From: Ancylonema sp.
Lineage: Eukaryota
Length of the DNA: 64,000 bases
Direction: 5' to 3'
Assembly: GCA_050230475.1 (NCBI GenBank)
Contig: JBFLGF010000065.1
Coordinates: 1 to 64,000, forward strand
A model generated the notes under the pieces. It did no database searches. It worked only from the letters and a program-made list of their open reading frames with translations, and was not told the origin of the DNA. Positions 12,801 through 24,484 of the stretch are shown in pieces (the first letter of the stretch is position 1; every line of letters begins with the position of its first letter). The translations under genes and the position numbers were made by a program.

Positions 12801-14345
12801 CGGAGTGGGGGTCATTGGGAGACAGTTTTGTTCCCGGCCTCGTGAATGAACTTCTGGAAGAACTGAAAGATGTAAGGAAAACAGGTGTCAGGAGGTCCAG
12901 TGGAGGAGGCCTGGGTGACATGGTGAAGCATGTATCTCGACTTCAAAGAGAAAAGGCATTAGCCGAAGCTGCCAGGGATGGGGAAACAAAAAAGAAAACT
13001 GTGGCAGTGAAGGTGAATAAAGATGGAGATTTGGGAAGTGTGCTTAAAAAACATGTTTCTAGATTCGAGAGAGATGTTTTGGCGGCTAGGGACCGAGCCA
13101 AGGTCAGTCCAGAGCCTAAGAGAGTTTCAAAGCAAGTCCAGGCTAAGGTAATGCCAGGTGAAGGACTGGGTGAGGTGCTTGTGAAGCACACCAGCCGACT
13201 TCAGAGAGAAAAAGAACAGGCTTTGATTTCAGATGCTTCAGGAGGAAAGAAAACGAGCATGGGAAAAGGGGTCAGAAATCTGAAGAGCACTGAAGACGAT
13301 GTTCAGGGTAGTCTTGGGGCCGACTTCAAAAAGGGACTGTCTCGTTTGGAAAGGGAGAAGATGGCAGCCAAGGCCAACGATGGGGACCTTACCCCAGGTT
13401 TGGTGAAAGCAAGTGCAGGGAGCCCTCATGCTGAGATAGCTGGTCTAGGGGAGTCCATGATCAAGCACAAGAGCGCTTTGCAGAGGGAGATAGAGGCATC
13501 AAGATCTGAAACAGCCCAGCTTCCGGATATTGAGACTACAGATCCCAAGCCAGACGAAAGACTGGTTGCAGCACGGTCGTCTGAGGGAGGGCTTGACAGT
13601 TTTGTGAAACGCAAGTCCAAGCTTCAGATGGATATTGAAAAGGCCCGATCAGAGGGAGAGGCGGATACTCGTAACGGTAATGATCCCTCGGGCGAGAACA
13701 AATCTGCAGAAGCGTCGCAACAGATTTCAGGGGCAGAGGCGAACAACGCTGAGGTCCCCATGAGGAGTGTGGGCAGGGCAGCAGCAGGAGGGACGGCGGA
13801 GTGGGGGTCATTGGGAGACAGTTTTGTTCCCAGGATCTCTAAGTTGGAAATGGAGAAGCTGGCAGCAGCCGAGAGCCAACGAGCTGAGGAAGATGGGCGG
13901 AAAGGGCAGAGGGGTGGTGCAGCTCGAGTAAAGACCCCTGAAGTAGATCCATGGGGAGGGGAAAGCCTGGGTTCCAGTCTGGTGAAGCATGTGTCCCGAC
14001 TTGAACGAGACAAGGTAGGGAATGAAGTGAGACACGCTGAACAGGGATTGTACTACTACTGACAGCTGCCTCTTTCTGCCACAACAATAGGTGACTTGAG
14101 GAGGATAGCATGGCGATGATCGGCAGATAGACGATAGCTAACTGAAGACGAATGTCTCTAAAATCTTGTTGATTTGACTTGACTCAACAATGGTGAGGTA
14201 CGTTATGAGAAGCAAGTCTCAGTTCTCGTGACCTGACTTCACTGCTCAATTGATGTGGTGTGTGTGTTTGTTTGTGTGTATGTATGTGTGTGTGTAGGCT
14301 GCTTGGAGGAAGGCGGAGGAAGAGGCGCAGAGAACGAAAGCGTAG
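9875..14345 (+). CDS. Plant-conserved uncharacterised protein with tandem LG..LVKHxSRLEREK-type repeats
   Basis: Exons 9875-10408, 10528-~10703, ~10879-14013 and 14298-14345 (AAWRKAEEEAQRTKA*). The N-terminal block PIRWFPRAKKESFLERKIRLLQE...LDETL...ALVEASWCRIL resembles a land-plant family I recall but cannot name. Confidence 0.75.
11837..13831 (+). repeat. Near-perfect tandem duplication inside an exon (999 bp + 996 bp)
   Basis: 11837-12835 and 12836-13831 match except two synonymous substitutions and a 3-bp indel near the unit start. Frame is preserved. Confidence 0.95.
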
Positions 14346-15057
14346 GGAATCTAGAGTCAATACAGATATTGAATACGGTCATAGGTTTGCATGCTACACT
14401 CAGTGCTCCTCGTAGTCCTCGATGCTGGACATTCGTGCAGGAGGACCTTGTGTCGAAGTCTATGCACTTGTGGAACTGCTCAGTGAATAGCTTCAAGAGA
14501 TGACTGAACACGACATAATAGATATTATGGTAACGATGCGTCCCAGTATATTTCACAACAACCAGACATTAGCCTGCTGAAATTTTAGGCAGAAAACTGG
14601 TCCTGCCTGGACTGGTATACCTTCTGGCCGAACTTGGATCCATTTTCGAAGTGGACCTCTGATACAAACCTTTTCTATATCGCGGAACACAGTTACTTAC
14701 ACTAAACGCACCGCATTTCTTAGTGAGATCAGATCCGGACAGAGTTTCCTAACACTGCCGAGAATAAGAACCGACTCTATCCAACTACATCCTCATCAGT
14801 GTCGAATCGACAAAAAACGAAGACAACTATTCTAACATGCAGACGGCGCGCTGCCAACAACTCCGCTAAAAGTGCAACCGCCGATTCCTTATTCTACCCG
14901 AATTGGAAAAGTAGCATACTCCATACGCTACCATGATAACGCTTCTGACCCCCACACTCATCTATACATACGTTGCCTCATTGCCTCATTGCCTCGTTGC
15001 TTCGTTGCTTCGTTGCTTCTCGTTCCCTACTCCCAGCCACAACCCTCCACTTCCTCT

Positions 15058-17804
15058 TCACTCTTCCTCCCCTTCATCCCCCTCCCCGCCTTCCTCACCA
15101 TCCCCATTCTCTCCCCCATCCGCCTCTCCATCCTCCTCCCCTCCAATACCGTCTCCCACCACCCTCCCCTCCCCACTCCCATCCTCACTTCCTGTCCCTC
15201 CCTCCCCCAGCCCATGCGCTTCCCTCCCTCCTGCCTCCTCGTCATCCTCCTCACCCTGCCCACTCCAACCAACCTTTTTTATTTATTTGATATTTCAACC
15301 TACTGCCTCACATGATAAAAGCCATCCAACCGATAGCAAAGGTATACCCTCCTCTCTTTTTATTTCCCTCGAATTCTCTCTACACAAATCTGACACTTTC
15401 TTCCTCTCTTCCTCTCTTCCTCACTTTCTCTCTTCCTCATTTTCATTCCTTCTCTGCCACATCTTGAACGACAGCGTACCTCATTGATTCTTTGCCGCTT
15501 TTCCAACTCATCCTCCTCGATCTCCCTCCTTCGTTTCACAGTGACAGAAGAAGGGACGGGGAATTGGGACCTACGCATCCCTGTTCCTTCCTTGGCTTTC
15601 AGCTTGCTCACACTCAGTTTCGCGTTCAGAGGCTGTGAGGAGCGCAGAGAGAAAGGAACGAATAGGTCATGGCTGCGTCAACTCATCGCAATATAGATAT
15701 GAAAAAACATTATGATCCGTTCTTCTCCTCTCCTGTTTTTATTGCTTTCTCTTCCTCAATTTTGAGCACAAAGGATGAATTGATGTCAGCGATGATAAGG
15801 GTCACAATTATTTTGACATGGTGATGAAACCCTTGGATTCAAATTTTTTTAAAGCGGCATGGTGCTTCTGCATTTTATCCACACTTTTAAGGCTGGAGAA
15901 GATCAATGACCCCACCCCCCCAAAAAAGGGGGAAAAATAGCGACAAAGAGTCACCCAGCTGGGCGCAACTCCCATCTCAGATACACAATTGCGCTTGTAT
16001 CGATTCTGAACAAGCCTTTACCACGTAGGTGATGTCGTTTTCGTTATAGACGAGAAGGAACGTTCCCCTCTTCGCATCTCCTTTCTTCACCTGTCCGGAA
16101 AAACGAAGAGGATGATGAAGCAGTGAGAGAACATCGAATTCGATTCGAAACAGATTCAAATACATGCTGGTGGTAATTGTACTAAAGCGCTGGTGTCAAG
16201 GTGTGAATGTTGTTCTTCATCACATGCATTACTATTCGTTTAGTTTTCGTAAATAAATTATATGATGATATAAAAATACAATGATATAATGATGCAATGA
16301 TGTAATGATGCAATGATGTAATGATGTTATGATATAATGATGTATGATGTAATGATATGATGATGTAATGCTGTAAGGATATAATGATGTAATGGTAAAA
16401 TGATATAATGATATAATGACATAATGATGTAATGATATAATTATATAATGATATGATGATATAATGACATAATGATATAATGATGTAATGATGCAATGAT
16501 ATAGTGATATAATGATGTGATTGATTTCTTCATTGTGTGTTCAATTTTTCAATGCAGTGAAATCCGAACACGATCATTGCTTCCACAAAACGACTTGTGG
16601 CAATAAATCTTCAATCCTTCAATCTAATAGGGGGGAAATGGAAACCAAATAATGTTCACTAGTATCTCACATATATTCTACACAAAAAACACCCAAGGCA
16701 TTAAATAACAATTTAAAAAAAATGGACCAAAAACACGACACTCCACACATATTTCTGACGTATTTCTGACGCACCGTCCAGTGGTATTCCCGGACCCATT
16801 CGTACTTCATCTCCTCCCCCTCCTCCATCCCCCGACTCGCCTGTAAGGGACCCCAAAAATCAGTAAGGAAACAAATGAGAACAAAATAAAAACAATCAAA
16901 ATGCTATATTAACATAATGATGGTGATATACCGATGATACACCGATGAAATAATGATGATGTAATGATGATATACTGATGAAATAACGATGATAAAATGA
17001 TGATGTATTGATAATGCAGTGATGATGTAATGATGATGTAATGATGTAATGATGTAATGATGTAATGATGTAATGATGATGTAATGATGTAATGATGTAA
17101 TGATGTAATGATGTAATGATGTAATGATGTAATGATGTAATGATGTAATGATGTAATGATGTAATGATGTAATGATGTAATGATGTAATGATGTAATGAT
17201 GTAATGATGTAATGATGTAATGATGGTCAACCCTACAAACAACATGTCATACACCACATTTTCCATCTTTTGCATCTCCAACACGACTTCAGAGATGAGA
17301 GGTGGTTTTTCATGATCAGTCTGCCCCACTCCGACACTCACGAGAACTTATAACTTATAAGTCGCCACGACCAATTAACTTGTGTCTACTTTTCACTTCC
17401 CTTTCTTCTGGGGCTGAAAGAACCCACCTCCTGGGGTTGTGGGAGCATGTACGCCACAAACGACTGCTCTGCCACGTCATCCTCCGCGGGCATCTTGAAA
17501 CTCTTCATCAGGGCCTGCACCGGAAAAAAAATCGAATCGAAATAGGAAATGGGTCAAAAAATAAAAGGAAAAAAAAAAAAAAAAAAAAAAAAAAAAAGCA
17601 TGACATAACATGACAAGAAAGTATTTGTTATATATTGTGTGTAGCCTTAGTTGCGTGTGTGCGGTCATGGAAGGTGTGCTAACAGGGAAACGCATTTCAG
17701 GGATTTCCTTCGGGTTTAGTGTAGGCCTCGTAGGACCTCGCAAGTGATGTTCTTTTTCCTTACCCTTCTTTGTTTTCTCTTTCATTTTTTCATAGTCATT
17801 GTTG

Positions 17805-17887
<83 letters not shown>

Positions 17888-20800
17888 GTCATCATTTTTA
17901 CTTCTCTCATTTACATCACATTTGAGATTCGTATCAACATCACATACATACACATGTGCATACAATCATCCACACCTCCACACATCCGTATGAGTGAACA
18001 CATGCATCCACAACTTCTTGTTTTCGTCTTCAATTTGTGCCAACAGCAGAGTGAGGTTTGCCAACAGCAGAGTAAGGTTTTGGGTATTGAGATTTGCTTT
18101 TTTAGGGTGCGGATGGGACCTTTGTTTGCAGACCCTTCTTTGTTTCTTCACTCAATTCCTTCAAATTCTCAGCCTCCTCGAAAGGATCGGTATCAAACAC
18201 CATTTGGACATACTGCTCACTCAGCCTAAAACCTCACGGCCAAAAAAAAGAAAGAGGAGGTCATGAGTGGCAGAGGAAAGGTTTCAGGATGATTGGAACA
18301 ACTGATGTGGCTGTTTGCGAAGGCGACTAAAACTCGAGCGAAAAAGGAACAGAAACAAAACAGAATCGAAAACAGATAATGAAACCCAACAGAAGACGAT
18401 AACAATGACAATCTGCAGATTGATGTGTGGAACAACAAATGGCTGCTCCAAACTCCGACCACAACCTATCAACATTGGAATCCTGAAACCCTAAAACCCT
18501 AAAACCCTAAAATCCTCAAACAAATGGCATGTCCTGAAAACGCATCCCTCACACAAACCCACAAACCCACAAACCCACAAACCCACCACTAGATTTCGCC
18601 TCCCTTGCCCCTCCCAGCCCCCACCCCAGCCCCCTTTTACCGTGACAGGTCTGGCAGTTTGGGCAGAATCTCCACCGCCTCCAACGCCTTGTTGGACGGG
18701 TGGACTGGTCTCTCATTCGCACTCACAAACGACTCCTCTATGTAGCGCAGCTGTCCCTCCCTGCCACCATTCATCCCACAGTGATACAGTGGTCAGTCCG
18801 ACCCCGTTCCCCCCCCCCAGCCCAGCCCACCCCAGCCCATCCCATCGCAGGTGGGAGTGAGTACCTTGTCTCAAAGTCCCCCTCCTCCTCCAGCATCTCA
18901 ATTTCCATCGCCTCCCGCTTCCACTCCTGCTCGCTCAACACCTTCTGAAGCGATCCCAAAAACAACCCCCCATCAAACCTAACCCTTAAACCCTCACCCT
19001 CATTCCCCCACTTCAAACCCTCGACCCAAATCCCAAACCTCGCGCTTCCCACTCCAAACCTCTAAGTCTACACCCTAAATCCTGAATCACACACCCTGCA
19101 CCCTGCACTGTGCACAATTAACCCTATACCCTACACCCTACACCCTACACCCTACACCCTACACCCTGAACCCTAAACCCCAAACCCCACTACCCACACC
19201 TTTAAACCTCAATCGTCAACCATAGCAGTTGCCCCCCCCACCCCCCCTTCCTCACCTTTCTGGGCGGCCCATCCTCGTCCACCCGAGAGATGTACTGAGT
19301 GTGGACCAGCCAGCTGAGCCCCTCCCCGCTGGGCCTCTCCTTGGGTTTAAACTTATCCTTTTTCGCGGGTGTGATGTCATCGCGGAGCAGTTCCTCGTCA
19401 GCGGGGTGAAGGGGGGGGCGATCCTTTTCGCTGGGAGCGCTGCGGAATTGGGAATCGGTACACCACCCCACATTCGTTTGGGTTTGAGGGGAGAGTTGGT
19501 TCTGTGTTTGGAGGAGGGTGCTTGTGGGTTGGGTGATATGAGAAGAGAGGGGTTTTTGTGTGGTATGAGGGTTTTGGATGTATGTGGGATGTGTGCCAGG
19601 TAAGAGTCTGGAATATATTCAGAAGTGGAGTGGGTATGGAGTATTCAATGCACGGCTGAGCATGGCGGATAAATGTGTATCACGCAGAAAGCTGCTCCCA
19701 ATGCACTTGAACCTACTTCAGTGCAATCAACTAAATGACATTTCATTTCATATTCATACTTCAAATGCAATAATGGATCGTTGTACTGAAACAATCAGAA
19801 TTATAATAACAAGTGCGATGATAAGAACAATGAGAAAATTTATTTGTAATGATATAATCATTCACATGCCTGATAGTACATTCAGACGTACCCCAGCAGC
19901 AAATTTCAAGACCAGGAGTTTTCAACACAAGTGATGAGTCACAGGCTTCACAGGTATGCAGTCACACATGTAGTCATCATTTCTTTCTGTTCTCTCTATA
20001 CCTTCTGGCCACACCTACTGAAAATTGAAAAATCCGACCCGTGATAAACCCAAGAACACGGGACTAGAAAGAGATGAAAGTGGTAGAGTGAGTGGTAGGG
20101 AGTGTTAGGCATGGAGTGGGAGGAGTGAAGTACACTCACTTGTACACCGAGAGGTCCAGCAAGTCAAGCGGGATGCCCAGGTCAGGCTCCACATGTAGGC
20201 GCCACTTGTGGTTGCGCTCTAGAGAAGAGAAGTGGTAGTGACTGAAACTGGGGAACCAAAACCAGAACCCCAAACCTGGTAGGGTTCTTCAGCCAACCAG
20301 AAACCAGAAACCAGAAACCAGGAACCAGAAACCAGAAACCAAAAACCAGAAACCTGGACCTGGACCTGGACCTGGACCTGGGTCTGATAGATGGTGTGCA
20401 CGTCCACAAGGATGTGTGTGTATCAGCTCTCTTCATTTTAGTTAAGAATGCAAGGTGACACGTGGTCGATTGTGGTGAGGATATGTTCGTCGCTGGTGAC
20501 AAACCAGAAATATCGTTTCTAAGGTTACATGAACCTATTACCTGTCGGAGTCCTGCGGCGTGATCATCCACTTGCCGCTGGTGCAGGGTTCAGGGAGAGT
20601 GTTCGTAAACCTTAAACCCCAAAAACCCGCCCACTACTCAGACTTGTGGGCCCCACTGGTCTAGTGTCTCAAACATTCCCCAGGCACCTAAAAACCCCAA
20701 AATCTTACACTGGATATTCGAAACACTATGGGGCAGCAGAAAAAGAATATGCACTAGTGTGCATGCCCTCTAACACTCACACCCCCCACCAGACCTCCTT

Positions 20801-21257
20801 GATATTCAGGTGCAGCCCACCTCAAGTCTGCGAGAAACGTCGTCTTCTTCTTCTTCGACTCCCCCGAGCCCCCCCCCGCACCTGACGCTGCTACTACGGC
20901 TCCCGCCTTCTTGGGCGGGGGGGGATTGGACGGCCCCCCCCCCTGGGATTGAATCCCGAATTTCGCCGCAGCTGCCGCTTTTCTGCGCTCCTGTTTTTCT
21001 CGATCGCTCTCTGCCGGCCGGCCATCCCTACGGATTTCTGCCGCCCGGGCACTTGCGTCAGGGCCAAAGGAAGGAGCGGATGCTGGGTTCGCCGTCTGTG
21101 GAGGAAGCTGCTGAGAAGTTTCGTTAAGGCCTACTTGGGAGGGGGGGAGGATATTTGTCACTTTTAGAAACGAGCCCGGAGACTGTGGTGGGACTGGAGG
21201 GTAAGAAACGGGGTTGGCGGTTCCTGGAGGTGCTGGGTGGGACAAAGAAGCCATCAT
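15058..21257 (-). CDS. PAF1: RNA polymerase II-associated factor 1 (PAF1/ELF7 homolog), about 11 exons
   Basis: Spliced product: Pro-rich N-terminus, TTFLADLRFTNTLPEP, SLERNHKWRLHVEPDLGIPLDLLDLSVY, HPADEELLRDD, LSWLVHTQYIS, IEESF..RPVHPSNKALEAVEILP, FVAYMLP, YEWVREYHW, FPVPSSVTVKRR and an acidic tail ending in TGA at 15058-15060. All junctions GT-AG, no internal stops. Confidence 0.93.
16260..16520. repeat. Degenerate (GATGTAAT/GATATAAT)n simple repeat in PAF1 intron
   Basis: Visible 8-nt periodic ATG/TAA-rich array. Confidence 0.85.
17020..17225. repeat. (GATGTAAT)n microsatellite in PAF1 intron
   Basis: More than 20 nearly perfect 8-mer units. Confidence 0.95.
17805..17895. repeat. (CAT)n microsatellite in PAF1 intron
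   Basis: Uninterrupted CAT triplets. Confidence 0.95.
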
Positions 21258-24200
21258 GGAATGGCGTATGATGAGGGGACGACGGTTCTCTTTATCGGAT
21301 ATTTCTGAGACACGGGTGTGCTCTCATGCGCAGATATCGCTCCAAAACATCTCCGAGGTCAGGGACACCTCTCGCCATGTTCTCCACGAGGACGTCTGGT
21401 AGGGCGCCTGATGCTTCCCATACGACTCTGCTAATCTCCTTGTTTGTTTTCGTCCGTGCGCCTTTGTTGTGCAGGTACCGACAAGCATGGGACTCCCGGG
21501 AGCATACACGTGTTATGGCATTTGCGACGGGAGAGGTAGGACTGGGCGAGTTGACTTTTTCGAGGGTGGACTGAGTGTTTCAGCTGCTTTCAACTCAAGT
21601 ACTCTATCAAGACATAACCGTAGGCGATATAACCCCTAAGGTGACAGAATCTTCCTAGTTCTCCAAGACAGTGGATTTGAGAGGTACGGGGGTAGATCGA
21701 TTTCATCGCCACCTCTGCAACTATTGCTGTTGCAAAATGGTGGGTCCCTGTTGGGCCCGAACACCGTCGTAGCGCCAACTTACGCCAGTTTTCGGGCCCA
21801 ACTGGGACCCGAAACGTACAGGTTAACCTGTCGGATTGGGCCCTGTTGGGCCCTGTCTAGCATAACTAGGCCCAACAGTTTGCGCCCGGTTTCATGTCGA
21901 GTTACAGCCAGCCCGACCAGGGCCCAATCGAATTGTGCCCGTTTTTGGCGAGTTGGGCCCCGGTAAGCGCCACTACGTTAGACCCAACTGAACACGATTC
22001 TTGGGTCTACAAATGGAGCCCGAATAGGGCCCAACTCGACCGATGTGATTCGTGGCCCAATCAAATAGGTTCACAAATTGTGAGAAATCCGCGCCGAGCC
22101 CGGAGTCACTCTTGCTTGGGCCTGGTTATAACTTTAACAAAATGAGCTTGCCCTGTCGGGTCTAACAACGACGAAGCGCCACCAAACACCAATTCTCGTG
22201 CCCAACTTGGGCCCGGTTCGAATGAATTAATCCGACGAGTTGTGCAACGATTGGGCCTAGTTATAACTTGTGCTCTTTGACCCAACTGAACAAGATTCTT
22301 GGGTCCAAATATGGGGCCCAACTCGGGGTCCTATTCGAGCGATGTGATTTGTGGACCAACAAATTTGGATCAAGAATCGTGCCAAGTCCAACGTCACTTC
22401 ACATAAGGCTCCCCTCTGCCCTGACTTGACCCGTCTGGTCTAGCTCCTTGGCTGCCACCTTCGGTTGACTCTCTAATCCTGTCTTACGCCCCTTGCTGCT
22501 TACGATATGCAACGACGTGGTACTCTCGATGACACAACTTGGATCGATCTGCAATGCCTCGCCCTCGCTCAAGCTTGGTTTCGCGTAGGTGGAGATGGAG
22601 AGACGCGTTACGAATAGGCGGAAGAAAATTCGTGCAAACCGTCTCAATGATATCTTCGGACATAGGTTTTTGGAAGGTAGTTGAACGAATACATCGACAC
22701 GTGTCTTCCCACACATGTGAACACGCCTAACATCGAACGCCACCTCACATGTGCGAAACCACACGTGTGGACGAATGCACTACACATATGCATACCCTGG
22801 CCATGTGTGCAATCACAATGCATATCACTACATCACTTCCACCATACACCATCGAGTGCACGCGCACAATTCATATACTCTATCTACTCCGCCATGTGCA
22901 AAATAATTATGACTAAGACTTGCCCAAGGCAAGGCGTTTGCTTGGGTTCCTCTACGCGAGCGTACGAAACTATAATGATGTGAGTACTCCGAAGGCTATC
23001 GTAAACTCGATCTATCGCTGAATTACTCGATCAGCAAGTCAAACGAAGCGTAATCGGATGTATATGCAAGCACCACCAAGGATGTAGATGATAAGATAAC
23101 AAAGCGCGGTGTATGCAAAGATCAAGTTAAACGTCACCGGCGCACATTTTGAAACGAAAGTATGATTGTTACAGAGTGTGAGGCAAGGTCCTGAGCCGCC
23201 TCAAGGACCAAACGTCACACTAGCTTGTCGTCTAGTGCTGGTACTATCATTCCCGCACATATGCTAATCACAGCTACGTGTTAAAAAATCCCGCCAACTT
23301 GACTAAGCTACGTACCGTACATCAACTGTACGTACTATCGATTACTCACGTGCAATATCACGCACCGCCCACTACGGATCCGCTAGGACTTCCGTTAACG
23401 TCTATGATAGTAGCCACCTGCTATATCGTGAAACTACTCGCGCTACTACCGCCTGCATCGGTTCTTGATTGCAACCGGCGGCGCAACTACCATGTATGCA
23501 CACGGTCATATATGGACCGACATCATATAGTTTGAGTCGTATTTTAAATTTTTACGTGGTGTAAAATTCAATAGTCTGAATCGAGCACCATCTACTGGCA
23601 TGCACAGTTACTAATTCGGCATGTCTATAAAATTTCGGAAAATTGGTGCGTCTCGTCACATAAATGAGTGTGGGTTGAGTCACATATGAATTATTGAAGG
23701 ACAGAACGATTTTTGGGTCTTTTTGGAACAGCATCTTGTGTTAGCTAAGCTAAAATACAGACCCGGCAGTTTGCTATTGTGCTACCCGTCTACTCCGCTT
23801 CTCTTGGTGTGAGATCAATATGATTGGCTTGGAGTGTCCGACTAGCGATATCATGGCGGATCGTGACGCGACGCTGCGCGCGGACAAAACATCCCGCGAG
23901 GCATCGAAGTTGCAACTGGCTGGCATCTCCATTAGCCATGTTGCGACAAAAATTAGCCAAAATTCCGACCCTGAAAGTTCCGTGAGGCACGCTCCACTCT
24001 TGCTGTTGTCACCGTAATATTGTACTTCACGTACGGAGGGGAATTTGACGCGCGAATTCGAGTCGAATCACTGTTGCTTGGGCCTGGTTTTAACTTTTGA
24101 CAAAATGAACTGGGCCCCAATTGGGTCCGAGTTCGACGAAGCGCCACCAAACGCCAATTCTCGGGCTCAACTGGGACCCAGTTCGTCCTGACGAGTTGGG

Positions 24201-24484
24201 CCCGGTTTTATCCGTGAAGGGCCGTATCTGCCACCTGTGCAGGACTTCGCGTGACTTCACGTGTTTTTCTGCAGGCGGCCACAATCGGCAGGCCACCACA
24301 GTCGCGTCGTCCTGCAGCACCTTGCCCAATTTTTCGGAGATTCTCCTGCCTTGGTATCCTTATCTTCATACATTAAGCGGCGAAACAAAATATGCAGTTT
24401 TCTATTCCAAGTCTATGAAAGTGTTAGGTGCTGCGCATCGACTTCTCTCTCCAATCTGCGATTTTCACAGGAATGGACTATTCA

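Noticed and set aside
16182..18229. Poly-His/Ile/Asp/Ser ORFs, and similar YI/HT-rich ORFs at 43-54 kb and 60-64 kb
   Set aside because: Artefacts of microsatellites within introns of genes identified by homology.
22390..24030. Possible decayed Gypsy/LTR remnant (PPT-like GGGCAGAGGGGAG on the minus strand, faint chromodomain-like peptide)
   Set aside because: No matching LTR pair, TSD or convincing pol motif could be seen. Too weak to call.
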